Positions 31,981 to 42,705 of a DNA stretch of 64,000 nucleotides are shown one piece after another; the stretch's first letter is position 1; each line of letters begins with the position of its first letter. Source of the DNA: Opitutales bacterium. Its GTDB lineage: Bacteria > Verrucomicrobiota > Verrucomicrobiia > Opitutales > UBA2987. The stretch spans positions 448,001 through 512,000 of the forward strand of contig CBDDEL010000014.1 in NCBI GenBank assembly GCA_965226885.1, in the 5' to 3' direction. Position numbers and translations under genes: made by a program. A model generated the notes under the pieces. It was not told where the DNA came from and made no database searches. It saw only the letters and a program-made list of their open reading frames with translations.

Positions 31981-33183
31981 ATGTGCGCAATCATGGCGCA
32001 AAACTTTTTGATGGTGGGAGCAGACTTGGTGCTTCCCCATTCCCTGGTATCAGACTGTCCGCTGTTAATTAAGGGAGAGCGTATTGCGAGTATCGGCCCC
32101 GGCGCCACCCGAAATCCCCAATGCACAGAGATCCGATTGCCGGGAAAAATTATCCTGCCCGGTCTCATCGATTTGCACAGCGATGCGATTGAAAAAATGG
32201 TTGAGCCACGACCCAAGATATTTTTTCCCATTCCATTTGCTATCAAAGAATGTGATCAGCGGCACCTGACTTGCGGGATTACCACGGTCTTCAATGCTAT
32301 TGCGTTTGCCGGAAAAGAGTTCGGCGTTCGAGATCCAAACATTGCGGATCAAATTGTCAGATCGCTTGATAGGGAACCGGCTGTCCTCCATCGTCGACTT
32401 CACCTGCGCTTTGAAATCACAGACGTCGAGTCTGTTCCCCTAGTGGAAGCCCTAATTCAGGAGGGGAAAGTTGATTTGATCTCCTTTATGGATCATAGCC
32501 CGGGCCAGGGTCAATACGCCCAGGACGGCAGATATGCCAGTTACCTGATGCGAACTTATGCCATGACCGAACGTGAAGCCCTCAGGCTGATTGCGTACAA
32601 GAAGGAGAGTCGGCAATCTCGTTCACAAGAAGTAAATGATCGACTGCTCAGAGCCGCAAAGGCCGCCAAAATTCCTATTTCCGGTCATGATCTCGACTCA
32701 CTCGAGAGTGCCAGTGAGTGGCATCAACTTGGAGCCACAATAAGCGAGTTTCCGCTCAATGAAATTTCCGCTCGTGCTTCGCGCGAATATGATATGGTGA
32801 TAGTCATGGGGGCGCCCAACGTCATTCGTGGAGCCAGCTCGGGTGGCGGCCTGCGAGCGAGCGACGGGATTCGCCAGAACCTAATCGATGTTCTATGTTC
32901 GGATTACAAACCAAATAGCCTATTGCCAGCCCTTTTTAAAGTGTCCTCGGACATTGATATACCTCTTCCGGATGCAGTCTCGTTGGCAACCTGGCGGGCA
33001 GCCGATGCTGTCGGCTTGACCCATGTCGGAAAACTTGCCGAAGGTTTTCAAGCGGATTTGATTATTGTGCAACCGACGCCACATGGTCCCCGTCTCGAAG
33101 CAGTAATGGTTTCCGGTCAATGGCGATATCTGTCCGGACAATTATCAGATGGGGGGGGGTATGAATCGCAACGAGTTCGATAA
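31981..33183 (+). CDS. phnM: Alpha-D-ribose 1-methylphosphonate 5-triphosphate diphosphatase
   Basis: PGLIDLHSDAIEK..EPRP, GITTVF, HLRFE, SFMDHSPGQGQY, SEFP, MGAPN and LCSDY motifs. Confidence 0.9.
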   Translation: MCAIMAQNFLMVGADLVLPHSLVSDCPLLIKGERIASIGPGATRNPQCTEIRLPGKIILPGLIDLHSDAIEKMVEPRPKIFFPIPFAIKECDQRHLTCGITTVFNAIAFAGKEFGVRDPNIADQIVRSLDREPAVLHRRLHLRFEITDVESVPLVEALIQEGKVDLISFMDHSPGQGQYAQDGRYASYLMRTYAMTEREALRLIAYKKESRQSRSQEVNDRLLRAAKAAKIPISGHDLDSLESASEWHQLGATISEFPLNEISARASREYDMVIVMGAPNVIRGASSGGGLRASDGIRQNLIDVLCSDYKPNSLLPALFKVSSDIDIPLPDAVSLATWRAADAVGLTHVGKLAEGFQADLIIVQPTPHGPRLEAVMVSGQWRYLSGQLSDGGGYESQRVR

Positions 33184-34531
33184 GATTGAAAAATCCGAGG
33201 GAGATGTTAATCTATCTCCACAGCGCCATCAATGGCAGGACCGAAATGTGAATGACCAGACTCGCAACGTGCTGGATGAAGACGCTCGATATTTTCTGCA
33301 TCAATCCTTGTCCACACCCTGTTTGAATGTCTTAACCAAATGTAAGGGATCCTATATAGAAGATTTGCAGGGACGAAAGTACCTGGATTTTCACGGCAAC
33401 AACGTGCACCAGGTGGGGTTTGGCAATCCCCATGTCATTGAGGCCATTACCCGGCAGATGGAAGAGCTTTCCTTCTGCACACGGAGATATACCAATAAAA
33501 AGGCCGTTGAACTAGCCAGGAAATTGACTGAGCTTGCGCCCGGCGATCTAAACCGGGTATTATTTGCTCCGGGCGGCGCCGAAGCCATTGGCATGGCATT
33601 AAAACTGGCGAGGTCCTATACCGGCAGATTCAAAAGCATCTCCATGTGGGATTCGTTTCACGGCGCCTCTCTGGACGCTATCTCGGTCGGCGGAGAAGCG
33701 ATTTTCCGCAAAAACATCGGCCCGTTGCTGCCGGGTGCCGAACATGCGCCACCGCCGGATCCTAAGCATTGTGTATTCGGATGTGAAGGAGAGTGCAATT
33801 TACGCTGTGCCCAATACGTAGAATACATGCTGGAAAAGGAAGGAGATGTCGCCGCGGTTATTGCCGAGACCGTCCGCAGCACGCCATATATACCGGATAA
33901 AAAATATTGGCAAATTATCCGCAAAGCTTGTCACAAACACGGTGCATTATTAATTTTGGATGAGATTCCCCATTGTCTGGGCCGAACCGGTACCTTTTTC
34001 ACATTCGAGCATTTTGGGATTGTCCCGGATATGGTTGTCATCGGGAAAGGACTCGGTGGGGGTATTTTTCCGCTGGCGGCGTTAATCGCCAGAGAAGAAC
34101 TCAACATTGCCGGTAAAAATGCCTTGGGTCATTATACTCATGAAAAAAATCCGGTCGCCAGCGCCGCCTCCCTGGCTGCCATCCAATATATCGAGGAGAA
34201 CCGGTTGCTGGACCATGCCAAACAGATGGGCAACTATGCTCTTGAGCGCTTAAAGGCGCTCAAACTGAGGCATCGCATCATTGGCGATGTCCGTGGAATC
34301 GGATTATTGATGGGGATAGAAATTGTTAGAGATACCGGCCAACGGGGTGTGGAAGAGGCTGAGAAAATCATGTACCATGCCCTCGAAATGGGTCTAAGTT
34401 TCAAAGTAACCATGGGCAATATCCTCACTTTGACTCCGGCATTGACAATTACCCGAGGTGAGATCGATCAAGCGATCGATATTCTGGATGACTGTTTTGA
34501 ACGAGTGGGGCATGGGCATGACATGAGCTAA
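33161..34531 (+). CDS. pbfA: (R)-1-hydroxy-2-aminoethylphosphonate ammonia-lyase (class III PLP enzyme)
   Basis: N-terminus SEGDVN...FLHQSLSTPCL and DFHGNNVHQVGFG, WDSFHGASLD, GKGLGGG and GHYTHEKNP, as I recall for PbfA; sits in a phn context. Confidence 0.82.
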   Translation: MNRNEFDKIEKSEGDVNLSPQRHQWQDRNVNDQTRNVLDEDARYFLHQSLSTPCLNVLTKCKGSYIEDLQGRKYLDFHGNNVHQVGFGNPHVIEAITRQMEELSFCTRRYTNKKAVELARKLTELAPGDLNRVLFAPGGAEAIGMALKLARSYTGRFKSISMWDSFHGASLDAISVGGEAIFRKNIGPLLPGAEHAPPPDPKHCVFGCEGECNLRCAQYVEYMLEKEGDVAAVIAETVRSTPYIPDKKYWQIIRKACHKHGALLILDEIPHCLGRTGTFFTFEHFGIVPDMVVIGKGLGGGIFPLAALIAREELNIAGKNALGHYTHEKNPVASAASLAAIQYIEENRLLDHAKQMGNYALERLKALKLRHRIIGDVRGIGLLMGIEIVRDTGQRGVEEAEKIMYHALEMGLSFKVTMGNILTLTPALTITRGEIDQAIDILDDCFERVGHGHDMS

Positions 34532-34548
34532 AATTCGTCACCTAAATA

Positions 34549-37500
34549 GAGGCTGTCCCAAAAGGGTGATTTTTGCGAGGGCTTTTGATAGGCGCTCATT
34601 TTAGAGGTATTTGCATTTGGGAGAGTATCAACTTTGCTCTCCTATGACGTTAGGATACTGGTTTTGGGGTCCGGTTGCCTGGTATTCTTTGTATGAGCCG
34701 ACAGTAAGGCTGTGAAAAAGTATTGTCCTTGCTTTTCCGCTCTCTAGCCCGGATATTTCATGAAGGGTAAAGTTTGGCTCGTGTTTGGCTCGTTATTGCT
34801 ATTGGAGATGGATTTCTTTGTATTTTGAGCAGATCGTCTTGATTTTTAGGTGTTTTTCAGGGTGTAGAGACACTGCCCCCTTTCCCCCATTGGTTCGGTA
34901 GTGCCGGGGGCAGCACCAATGCACCCTTTAGGTTGGCACCAATCGGCGGGCCGCATGGTTGAAAAGACTGGCCCAAGGATAACTCTCACTTAGGTGAAAG
35001 TGAATCGTTCGGGTGTTGCGCACGATGACCGCTCCGATCTTGATTAATTTGAGCCGCAGGGTGTGCCATTGGGCCCGCGCCCACTTCGTCCCTTTTAAGG
35101 CTAACCGGCGCATGGCTTCCATCAAGGTGTAGGCCAGCGCCGACAAGAGCAATCGCCACTGATTGGCCCACCATTGATGGGCGCTGGTGCGCTCGCTGAA
35201 CAATTGCATCTGTTCCTTGATTCGGTTCTCCATTTCACCGCGGCCACAGTATACCTTGTCGTAAAGCTCCTGGGGATCGCCCGGCAGGTTCGTCACCACG
35301 AAGCGCGGGTTGGACCCCTGTGCGGTGTGTTCGGCTTTATGGATGACCAACCGCAGCCATCGCCACGAATCGGCAGCATAGACGAAGTCCTGGAATAACC
35401 GTTGTTTTTTACCCCTTAGTTCGAACCATTCTTTGGCCTGCTTTTGCAACTGCTGGGCGTCTTGCTGCAAGCGTGCATTGCGAGCCATCCCCACGATGTA
35501 ACTAACTTCGTTGCGGTCGCACCAAGAGAGTATCCGGTCTCGACAAAATCCACTGTCGGCGCGCCAAATAATCCGCGTACGGGGCCAGCTTTGGCGAATC
35601 CGTTTAACCAGCAATTTGAGGATGGCCCCGGCATGCTTGCTGGCATCGATCTTGCTCGGCCGCAGGTAGGCCACCAGCAGCTGATCACCGCAAAAAACAT
35701 ATAGCGGCAGAAAACAGTAATGATCATAATAACCGTGGAAAAAACGTCCCTCCTGGAGCCCGTGCACCGGATTGTCGGTGGCGTCAAAGTCCAGGATGAT
35801 CTCTTCGGGTTCCTCGGCAAAGGAGCCCATGAACTGTTCGACCAACAGCTCGTTTACCGCAAAGGCCGCCCGCCAATCCTGCCCGTTTTCAAAACGACAC
35901 AAAGTCGGCGCGCTGGCCAACGTTTCAATGCGCCCCGTTACCGTTTGCAACAATGGATCGTGGCGCAGGGTATCAAAGTCGTTCAAATCCTCATAGCCCG
36001 CCACCAGCCCGTAAACGCGCTGCCGCAGCATCCCCAATACCTCATGGCGTACTTTGCCCTTCTGCCGTTTGTCCACTAACTGTCGGGCCGCTCGTTCGGT
36101 CAAGCCCAACTGCCGATCCACTTCCCGGATCAAAAGCAGTCCGGCATCCGAAGTAACCTCTCCGCCCTTGAAATCAACCCGCACACGGCGGCCTTTTACC
36201 CTTGTCAACTGTAGCTTTAATTGTTTACCTTTTGTCATCGCTGATATTGCTTTAATTATTGATCTATCCTGCTGTATATCAGCAGTTAAGCATATCAACG
36301 ATACTTTTTTTACGAAATATCCGGGCTAGGCCGCCGCTTTGGTTTTTAGTTCGTCTTGCTGGGCCAGCATCTTGGCTACTTTCCATAGGTTGTGCGAGAG
36401 TACCGACCAGGCTACGCTGATCGAGCGGTTGGCAAAGCCTTTGCTGCGCAACCGCCCGGCCTGCCAGCGATTCTTCAATACCCCGATCCGCCCTTCGGTG
36501 CTGGCCCGGCGCTTTTGCAATTGTCTGAACAGTGGTTCCTCCATCCGTTTTTTCAACTGCTTCGGATCGCGTGGACAGAGCGCGTCGTAGATTCCCTCCT
36601 GGGCTAACTGCCGGCGGGCCCGCTGGGAGGCAAATCCCCGGTCCGCGCACATGGCCGCTATGGGTTCTTCCAGGTTGAAGCGGTTCTGTCTTTGCAAACT
36701 CTCTTGCATTTGTTCATTTTCGCTTGGAGTTCGGCTGCCGTAGAGTTTCCAGTCCAGCAGGTACCCTTCAACGCTTTCTCCCAAAAACAGGGTGTTGCCG
36801 AACTCGACCTCTTGGCCCGCTTTACCTCGCACAATCACCTGCCCATCGAGTTCGTAAACACTCAAGACTTTCTCTGCGTTTTTCACCTGGCGGCCGCCAA
36901 TGATCCGCTCGTGCGCCTGTTTGATGACCACCGGGATTTGCTCGCTCATGCGCTCCATCCGGGCGAGGATCTGTTGGACCTGTTTTTCGCTGTAATCGCT
37001 TTGCTCCCAGCAGGCTTGCAATAATTCCCGGTGACTGCGGGCATGCTCCCCGATCCGTTTGAGCAGCTTTTTCATCTGCCTCAAGATACCCTTGCGCTGC
37101 CGCGCGCTGTCCTTTCGCCGCCGGCTGTGGGTCATCTGTATGCACAGCCGATTCATCTGCCGAGCCAAGGGCTCCGGTTCGATCGGCATGCGATGGCGCA
37201 AACCGGCCTTCTCGCGGATCAGCCGGATCGCTTTGAGCAACGTGCCGGCTACATCCTTGAGTAATACCCAGTCCGTCGGCCAATGAATGTTAGCCTCCAA
37301 ACAGGTGCCGTCGATCAGGCAAATGGTGGTGTCAATCGGCTTGTCCAATCCCACCTGCCGGGCCAGAAGGGCATCGCCCACCACCTCAGTCAAGGTCCGG
37401 TGCAAGGCCCTCAACTGCTCTTCGCTGAAAAACTTCGAGGCCCGCTCCAGGGTGCTTTTGGAGATGCCCCTGATGCCATCGATCTGCCGGACACGGCAAA

Positions 37501-37949
37501 AGTCGGCCAACAGATCGCTGCTGCCCAGAGCCCGCGACAAATGCCGAAACGAGATCCCTCCGAGCAGACGGCCCAGCGTATCCATGCGCAGTGTGCCTTG
37601 ATGGCAAAACTGGCCCGCTGCCGCCGGGCCTTTAGACCCATTGGCTGCCACCCCTCCAAGGCCAGCTCAATGGCCTGCGATTCCACCTCCGAGTCGATCA
37701 GCAGCCGATCGATTCGATCAATGGTGGCGCGGAAGTTATCGTAATCGAGGCACCGGTCAACCACAGTTAAAGCTGGACGCAGGAGGCATTGGATGGCTAT
37801 ATTTTTCATAGAAAGGGCTATATTGATTTTCGCTAACTCAATTATAGAACCCTTTTTTGGCCGGATCGAGCAAAAACTTGCTCTTTCCGGCTCTTTTTAT
37901 CAACGTCATCCAGTTGACTATAAAATCTTTATATTTTTGGGACAGCCTC
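34549..37949 (-). mobile_element. IS5/ISNCY-like copy 2, containing IS1380 copy E; transposase 36326-37809 frameshifted by a 2-bp duplication near 37592
   Basis: IRs GAGGCTGTCCCAAAA and TTTTGGGACAGCCTC; 6-bp TSD TAAATA. Confidence 0.92.
34748..36325 (-). mobile_element. IS1380 copy E (complete; transposase 34928-36238)
   Basis: IRs present; TSD CTAG, which contains the host transposase stop codon. Confidence 0.95.
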
Positions 37950-38025
37950 TAAATAGGTGGCCCACGGCCCCATTGATCTCGCTACGGCGAAAAAGCGAAT
38001 ATTTAAAAAATTAACAAAACAAACT

Positions 38026-39723
38026 ATGAATTCTAGTTTAAGTATCCTGATCCACGTTTTAACCATAATTATGCTGGGAATATATTCTATGCCCATTTAT
38101 GGCGATCCGCTATTCGCTGATCTTGTAGTAACCAATGCGAATGTAATCACGGTTGATAAAGACCAATCGCAAGCGGAAGCATTTGCGATTCGAGATGGAA
38201 TATTTGTCGCTGTGGGTACGAATGGCGACGTTAGATCGCTGATTGGCAAGAATACTACGGTCATCGAGGCAGAAGGCAAAACGATTACACCTGGTTTCAT
38301 CGATGTCCACCTTCATCCCAGGTCGATATACTTATGGACGCACAGGTTAGGCAGTGTCGATTTGTCACCCGCCGCCGTCAAAACAATGGAGGGACTTGTT
38401 GCTGCCTTAAAAGCCAAAGCGGAAATAACGCCGAAGGGACAATGGATTCGGGGAAGTCGTTACCAGGGCACTAAATTGGGTCGAAGTCCCAACCGCTGGG
38501 ATTTAGATCGGGCATCTACCGATCATCCCATCTGGATTGGCCATTCGAGCGGTCATTTAAGCGTCGTAAACTCGTACGCTTTGCGGGCGGCAAACATCAC
38601 TCAGGATACACCGGATCCGCCTGGTGGAGCATTCGATCGCGATGATAGCGGGGAACCGAATGGAATCTGCCGCGAAGGCGCCGGAGGGCTTGTTCGAGAT
38701 GGCGGCCCCCCCATGCCGGAAGCTTCCCGCAAAGAAGAACTGGAGGGTTATCAACGTTGTTTCCACGAGTTCATGCGAAAAGGAATTACCAGCATTGGCG
38801 ATGCCGGCGTTAATCCAGGTAAAATCCGTGTATATCAGGAATTGGTCGAAGCAGGAATGCCGCTTCGCATCAACATGATGATTCGTGAAAAATATTTTCC
38901 CGATTTGAAAAAGTTGAACATTCACACGAAGTTTGGAAACAGCCGGCTAAAAATCGGTCCGATTAAAGTGCGCCATGGAAATTCATTATCCGGCCGCACA
39001 TGTTGGTTGTACGAACCCTACGAGAGGATAAATCCGAGAACTGGCAAAAAGGATTACTATGGAATACCGCCTGCACGGTCGCAGGAAAAACTAACTGAAT
39101 TGTTCAGCGATATTCATGCAGCGGGTTTTCAAATCGCCGTTCATTCCAATGGCGACCGGGAAATCGATATGGTGCTTAATGCCATCGAAAAAGCCTTGCA
39201 GAAAACGCCGCGAGAAGATCATCGGCACAGGATCGAACACTGCAGCATAGTAAGCGACCGTATTCTCCAACGGATCAAGGATCTGGGGGTTGTATTAGCT
39301 CTTCATTCTTATATCTACGAACACGGGGACAAAATGGAAGAATACGGTGAAAGGCGTTGGAACATGATGCACGCCAACCGGTCGGCCCTGGATTTGGGCA
39401 TCGTTGTGGCTGGCAACTCCGATTACGGCGTCAGCGCGGCCGATCCGATGCTGCGGATTCAGAGTTTAGTAACACGCAAATCAGCGGAAGGCAAAGTCTA
39501 TGGAGCCAAACAAAAAATCTCTGTCCAGGAAGCGCTCTGGATTTGGACTATGGGAAGCGCGTTGGCCTCGTTTGACGAAAAGATCAAAGGCTCGATTACC
39601 AACGGAAAACTGGCCGATTTCGTGATGCTCACGGATGATCCAACTCATACCCCACTTGACTTTATAAAGGATATCAAGGTCGAAAAAACTTTTATCGGAG
39701 GGAAGCTGGTTTTTGAACGTTAA
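38026..39723 (+). CDS. Exported amidohydrolase (Amidohydro_3 / YtcJ-like)
   Basis: Signal-peptide-like N-terminus; PGFIDVHLH, GHLSVVNS, HSNGD, RHRIEHC, GNSDY and KGSI..GKLADF motifs. Confidence 0.88.
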   Translation: MNSSLSILIHVLTIIMLGIYSMPIYGDPLFADLVVTNANVITVDKDQSQAEAFAIRDGIFVAVGTNGDVRSLIGKNTTVIEAEGKTITPGFIDVHLHPRSIYLWTHRLGSVDLSPAAVKTMEGLVAALKAKAEITPKGQWIRGSRYQGTKLGRSPNRWDLDRASTDHPIWIGHSSGHLSVVNSYALRAANITQDTPDPPGGAFDRDDSGEPNGICREGAGGLVRDGGPPMPEASRKEELEGYQRCFHEFMRKGITSIGDAGVNPGKIRVYQELVEAGMPLRINMMIREKYFPDLKKLNIHTKFGNSRLKIGPIKVRHGNSLSGRTCWLYEPYERINPRTGKKDYYGIPPARSQEKLTELFSDIHAAGFQIAVHSNGDREIDMVLNAIEKALQKTPREDHRHRIEHCSIVSDRILQRIKDLGVVLALHSYIYEHGDKMEEYGERRWNMMHANRSALDLGIVVAGNSDYGVSAADPMLRIQSLVTRKSAEGKVYGAKQKISVQEALWIWTMGSALASFDEKIKGSITNGKLADFVMLTDDPTHTPLDFIKDIKVEKTFIGGKLVFER

Positions 39724-39871
39724 TCCGGAATTCGCAGTTATGGATGGTGGCGATGTGAGGTTTGAGAGGCGGGATGAGGGCAAAGACTTCTTACCCGGCA
39801 ATAACTTGTAGTTGCCGCTACTTGACCTATCGGACAGCGTCAGATAACCTGAAACCACTATTGTTATGTTA

Positions 39872-41705
39872 GAGGCTGTCAGGCTGTCCCAAAAGGGTGA
39901 TTTTTGCGAGGGCTTTTGATAGGCGCTCATTTTAGAGGTATTTGCATTTGGGAGAGTATCAACTTTGCTCTCCTATGACGTTAGGATACTGGTTTTGGGG
40001 TCCGGTTGCCTGGTTTTCTTTGTATGAGCCGACAGTACGGCTGTGAAAAAGTATTGTCCTTGCTTTTCCGCTCTCTAGGCCGCCGCTTTGGTTTTTAGTT
40101 CGTCTTGCTGGGCCAGCATCTTGGCTACTTTCCATAGGTTGTGCGAGAGTACCGACCAGGCTACGCTGATCGAGCGGTTGGCAAAGCCTTTGCTGCGCAA
40201 CCGCCCGGCCTGCCAGCGATTCTTCAATACCCCGATCCGCCCTTCGGTGCTGGCCCGGCGCTTTTGCAATTGTCTGAACAGTGGTTCCTCCATCCGTTTT
40301 TTCAACTGCTTCGGATCGCGTGGACAGAGCGCGTCGTAGATTCCCTCCTGGGCTAACTGCCGGCGGGCCCGCTGGGAGGCAAATCCCCGGTCCGCGCACA
40401 TGGCCGCTATGGGTTCTTCCAGGTTGAAGCGGTTCTGTCTTTGCAAACTCTCTTGCATTTGTTCATTTTCGCTTGGAGTTCGGCTGCCGTAGAGTTTCCA
40501 GTCCAGCAGGTACCCTTCAACGCTTTCTCCCAAAAACAGGGTGTTGCCGAACTCGACCTCTTGGCCCGCTTTACCTCGCACAATCACCTGCCCATCGAGT
40601 TCGTAAACACTCAAGACTTTCTCTGCGTTTTTCACCTGGCGGCCGCCAATGATCCGCTCGTGCGCCTGTTTGATGACCACCGGGATTTGCTCGCTCATGC
40701 GCTCCATCCGGGCGAGGATCTGTTGGACCTGTTTTTCGCTGTAATCGCTTTGCTCCCAGCAGGCTTGCAATAATTCCCGGTGACTGCGGGCATGCTCCCC
40801 GATCCGTTTGAGCAGCTTTTTCATCTGCCTCAAGATACCCTTGCGCTGCCGCGCGCTGTCCTTTCGCCGCCGGCTGTGGGTCATCTGTATGCACAGCCGA
40901 TTCATCTGCCGAGCCAAGGGCTCCGGTTCGATCGGCATGCGATGGCGCAAACCGGCCTTCTCGCGGATCAGCCGGATCGCTTTGAGCAACGTGCCGGCTA
41001 CATCCTTGAGTAATACCCAGTCCGTCGGCCAATGAATGTTAGCCTCCAAACAGGTGCCGTCGATCAGGCAAATGGTGGTGTCAATCGGCTTGTCCAATCC
41101 CACCTGCCGGGCCAGAAGGGCATCGCCCACCACCTCAGTCAAGGTCCGGTGCAAGGCCCTCAACTGCTCTTCGCTGAAAAACTTCGAGGCCCGCTCCAGG
41201 GTGCTTTTGGAGATGCCCCTGATGCCATCGATCTGCCGGACACGGCAAAAGTCGGCCAACAGATCGCTGCTGCCCAGAGCCCGCGACAAATGCCGAAACG
41301 AAATCCCTCCGAGCAGACGGCCCAGCGTATCCATGCGCAGTGCCTTGATGGCAAAACTGGCCCGCTGCCGCCGGGCCTTTAGACCCATTGGCGGCCACCC
41401 CTCCAAGGCCAGCTCAATGGCCTGCGATTCCACCTCCGAGTCGATCAGCAGCCGATCGATTCGATCAATGGTGGCGCGGAAGTTATCGTAATCGAGGCAC
41501 CGGTCGACCACAGTTAAAGCTGGACGCAGGAGGCATTGGATGGCTATATTTTTCATAGAAAGCATAGAAAGGGCTATATTGATTTTCGCTAACTCAATTA
41601 TAGAACCCTTTTTTGGCCGGATCGAGCAAAAACTTGCTCTTTCCGGCTCTTTTTATCAACGTCATCCAGTTGACTATAAAATCTTTATATTTTTGGGACA
41701 GCCTC
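39872..41705 (-). mobile_element. IS5/ISNCY-like copy 3 (uninterrupted)
   Basis: IRs present, the left one carrying an 8-bp duplication; 7-bp TSD TATGTTA. Confidence 0.93.
40075..41556 (-). CDS. IS5/ISNCY-like DDE transposase (only intact copy in the window)
   Basis: IDGTCLEANIHWPTD, RGKAGQEVEFG, ADRGF and RASTEGRIG.LK motifs. Exact family is uncertain. Confidence 0.85.
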   Translation of the reverse strand: MKNIAIQCLLRPALTVVDRCLDYDNFRATIDRIDRLLIDSEVESQAIELALEGWPPMGLKARRQRASFAIKALRMDTLGRLLGGISFRHLSRALGSSDLLADFCRVRQIDGIRGISKSTLERASKFFSEEQLRALHRTLTEVVGDALLARQVGLDKPIDTTICLIDGTCLEANIHWPTDWVLLKDVAGTLLKAIRLIREKAGLRHRMPIEPEPLARQMNRLCIQMTHSRRRKDSARQRKGILRQMKKLLKRIGEHARSHRELLQACWEQSDYSEKQVQQILARMERMSEQIPVVIKQAHERIIGGRQVKNAEKVLSVYELDGQVIVRGKAGQEVEFGNTLFLGESVEGYLLDWKLYGSRTPSENEQMQESLQRQNRFNLEEPIAAMCADRGFASQRARRQLAQEGIYDALCPRDPKQLKKRMEEPLFRQLQKRRASTEGRIGVLKNRWQAGRLRSKGFANRSISVAWSVLSHNLWKVAKMLAQQDELKTKAAA

Positions 41706-41773
41706 TATGTTAACGACCACTCCAACAAAGACAGACATTGGCTGTTGGGTCAGATCCTGACTTTTACAGGTTA

Positions 41774-42535
41774 ATGGCGATGGACTACGATCAAACAACA
41801 ATTCCTGAATCCTACAAGAAGGGACGCGAAATAGGGGACGCGGGACTAGCTCTGTGGATGGATGCGATTGAACGGCACATCGATCCTTCTGAGATTGAGT
41901 CGATTCTTGATTTGGGATGTGGAACAGGAAGGTTTTCTGAAGCTTTGTCAGAGCGGTTTGATGCACGACTGATCGGGATTGATCCGTCTACCAGAATGCT
42001 GACGCAGGCAATCGAGTCTTTGGTGGGGGAAAGGTTCGTATTCAAAAAGGGATCGGCAGAAGATATTCCGATTGGTGACGGAACGGTGGATTTGGTTTTC
42101 CTTTCAATGGTATGGCACCACATTGTGGATGTTGACCGCGCATTGCAGGAATTCCAAAGAGTGTTGAGAAATGGTGGTTACGCGTGTGTGCGCAACCCAA
42201 CAGTGGAATTATTGAATCGGGCTGCATTTTTGGATTATTTCCCGGGAGCAGGGGTTGTCGATTTGGAAATGCTACCATCTGCATATAATCTGAAGAGCGT
42301 CTTTTCAGACCAAGGATTTGATTTGATCGCCCACGATGTGATCGAAAGTGAATTTGCCGAGAATTTCCAAGCGATGTATGAGAAGGTTAAGCATCGAGCA
42401 TTATCTGAGCTTGCGGCGATTTCGGATGATGAATTTTCGACTGGGTTGAAAAGCATGGCTGCGGATTTGAAAAAGGAATCGAATCTGGAGCCGATTATTG
42501 AGCCGATTGACCTGTTCGTCTATCGCATGGGGTGA
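41774..42535 (+). CDS. Class I SAM-dependent methyltransferase
   Basis: ILDLGCGTGRF, GIDPS..ML, GSAEDIP and RVLRNGG motifs. Confidence 0.88.
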   Translation: MAMDYDQTTIPESYKKGREIGDAGLALWMDAIERHIDPSEIESILDLGCGTGRFSEALSERFDARLIGIDPSTRMLTQAIESLVGERFVFKKGSAEDIPIGDGTVDLVFLSMVWHHIVDVDRALQEFQRVLRNGGYACVRNPTVELLNRAAFLDYFPGAGVVDLEMLPSAYNLKSVFSDQGFDLIAHDVIESEFAENFQAMYEKVKHRALSELAAISDDEFSTGLKSMAADLKKESNLEPIIEPIDLFVYRMG

Positions 42536-42609
42536 TGGTCGGGCGTTTCAGTAGGGATTTTTCGATTTAAATCCCAACCAGAGAATATTCCATTATCTCT
42601 TCGGGTAGT

Positions 42610-42699
42610 GGCCGGATCGAGCAAAAACTTGCTCTTCAAGTCTATTCTTATAAACGTCATATAATTGAGTACAAAATCTTTATATTTTTTGACAGCCTC
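42610..42699 (-). mobile_element. Diverged terminal remnant of a related IS5/ISNCY-like element
   Basis: Aligns with the element end (GGCCGGATCGAGCAAAAACTTGCTCTT...GACAGCCTC) but carries many substitutions. Confidence 0.75.
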
Positions 42700-42705
42700 T
42701 AATTA

